Source of the DNA: Raoultella phage vB_Ro_M12a
Length of the DNA stretch: 24,000 nt
Sequence record: PQ181262.1
Reading direction: 5' to 3' (one strand)
Within the stretch, counting starts at the first letter, position 1. Each line of letters starts with the position of its first letter. Below, one piece after another: positions 22,856 through 24,000 of this stretch. The position numbers were made by a program, and so were the translations under genes. The notes beneath the pieces are model-generated. The model had not been told where the DNA came from, did not search any database, and worked only from the letters and a program-made list of their open reading frames with translations.

Positions 22856-23206
22856 TTAAAAGATTTTCCATAATGATTTTTTCTTGGTCTTTAATGCACT
22901 CTGGATTTGTTGTTTAACACAAGCTTCCACATGAGGATAAAGTTCATCCTTATGAGCTTCAGATGGTGTACTGAACTCAATAGTTACTTCCCCCGAAGGA
23001 GAAATATTTAATTTATGAACATAAACCAAGTGTGATTGACCATTTAATTTTATCACAATTTCTTGGATAACAGTCTTCATAGCTTCTTGGATTATTTCAT
23101 GGCTTTTCTTGAACACTCGTTCTTGACGCTCGAAGTCTCCCTCTTCCGAGGGAGATTCTTGTTCAAATTTCTCGAGTTCAGATTCTAAATCAAACTCAGT
23201 CTTCAT
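22856..23206 (-). CDS. 40: Head vertex assembly initiator-like protein
   Basis: 116-aa ORF between uvsX and 41 as T4 gene 40; overlaps uvsX end. Confidence 0.75.
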   Translation of the reverse strand: MKTEFDLESELEKFEQESPSEEGDFERQERVFKKSHEIIQEAMKTVIQEIVIKLNGQSHLVYVHKLNISPSGEVTIEFSTPSEAHKDELYPHVEACVKQQIQSALKTKKKSLWKIF

Positions 23207-24000
23207 TCATGAAGTTCTCTAATTCATCTTCAACTTCAGCAGCTGATACTGAACCACTCTCAGGAAGTTTAACACCATCAACCTTAGTTGAAACTTTTGA
23301 GTTAATCATTTCTGCTACCGCTTCATCAACCGCAGCGTTTGAATCAATAGCACCCAACTGATACCGGGCTTTGATAGCGTCACGGAATGGCTCATGCTTA
23401 AACAGAGGACCCCAAAATTCCGTACTGCTCGTATCTTTTGCCCGCCAGGATTTTTCTTCACGAATCATCTCACCGGTTTCAACATCCAGGAATTCTCGTG
23501 CATACCATCCATTTTTCGGTTTAACCACAAACCCGATATCTAGAGCCATATCAAGCAGACCACTATATGGATCGATACCACCATCGAATTTAACATCGAT
23601 GAAGAACTTACTTTTCTCTTTGACAGTACGCGATTTCTCAGCGTTCAGGACAAACTGATATCCCTCAAGCTCAGAACCATCTTTAATTTGACGTTTACCG
23701 ATGATGAATACAGTATCCGCAGAATACATAGGACCTGTACCACCTGTCATTACCGTCTTACTGAACATCTCGATAGTCTCGATTGTGTGGTTAACCGCTA
23801 CACAAGGAATGTTCTTAATAGAGAAGTAAGGAGTTACGATACGGAAGAGCGACTTCAGACTTTTCGCACGAGTCATATCTGCAACAGATTTCTCGTTCAA
23901 AGCATCTTCAGTTTCCTTTTTAGACGCCATGTTACCAATAGAGTCGATAAACACGATGACTTTTTCACCACGCTCAATAGCTTCAAGCTGGTTAACCATA
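23196..24000 (-). CDS. uvsX: UvsX RecA-like recombinase, C-terminal part (start lies beyond right edge)
   Basis: VIVFIDSIGNMASKKETEDALNEKSVADMTRAKSLKSLFRIVTPYFSIKNIPCVAVNHTIETIEMF.KTVMTGGTGPMYSAD, typical UvsX; acidic C-terminus. Confidence 0.97.
   Translation of the reverse strand, partial: MVNQLEAIERGEKVIVFIDSIGNMASKKETEDALNEKSVADMTRAKSLKSLFRIVTPYFSIKNIPCVAVNHTIETIEMFSKTVMTGGTGPMYSADTVFIIGKRQIKDGSELEGYQFVLNAEKSRTVKEKSKFFIDVKFDGGIDPYSGLLDMALDIGFVVKPKNGWYAREFLDVETGEMIREEKSWRAKDTSSTEFWGPLFKHEPFRDAIKARYQLGAIDSNAAVDEAVAEMINSKVSTKVDGVKLPESGSVSAAEVEDELENFMNED

Noticed and set aside
1-24000. CRISPR arrays, tRNA genes, introns, homing endonuclease genes, transposons
   Set aside because: No regularly spaced repeats, tRNA cloverleaf candidates or intact GIY-YIG/LAGLIDADG ORFs noticed. 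The only nuclease-like traces are the HNH-like signature in the srd-position gene and the PD-(D/E)xK-like motif in the denB candidate. A tRNAscan/HMM run on the full genome would be needed to confirm absence.

Overview
The window is a segment of a T4-like (Tevenvirinae) myophage genome. Nearly all genes are on the minus strand and tightly packed. Following the plus-strand coordinates, gene order matches the T4 segment motA - 52 - ndd region - denB - rIIB - rIIA - 39 - (goF/cef/motB region) - dexA - dda - srd - mod - srh/mrh - soc - 56 - 61 - 61.1/61.2 - sp - 41 - 40 - uvsX. These identifications rest on remembered T4 protein motifs, protein sizes and synteny; no database search was run. I see no complete new defence or anti-defence system. 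The places where the segment departs from the remembered T4 layout are: (1) a plus-strand, strong-SD, hydrophobic 63-aa ORF at the T4 dam position, followed by a hairpin separating it from convergent gene 61; (2) an unrelated-looking 77-aa ORF at the dmd position between sp and 41; (3) a block between 39 and motB encoding a MazG-like protein, an FmdB-like zinc ribbon, a 29-aa coupled mini-ORF and a Cys-rich lipoprotein/secreted protein; (4) a cluster of tiny membrane ORFs around ndd; (5) an HNH-like signature in the srd-position protein; (6) a single Mod ADP-ribosyltransferase; (7) an unsplit gene 39; (8) an N-terminal extension on gp52. Several small genes absent from the supplied ORF track were read directly. 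T4-type early promoters, middle and late promoter candidates, and UUCG-tetraloop hairpins are also visible.
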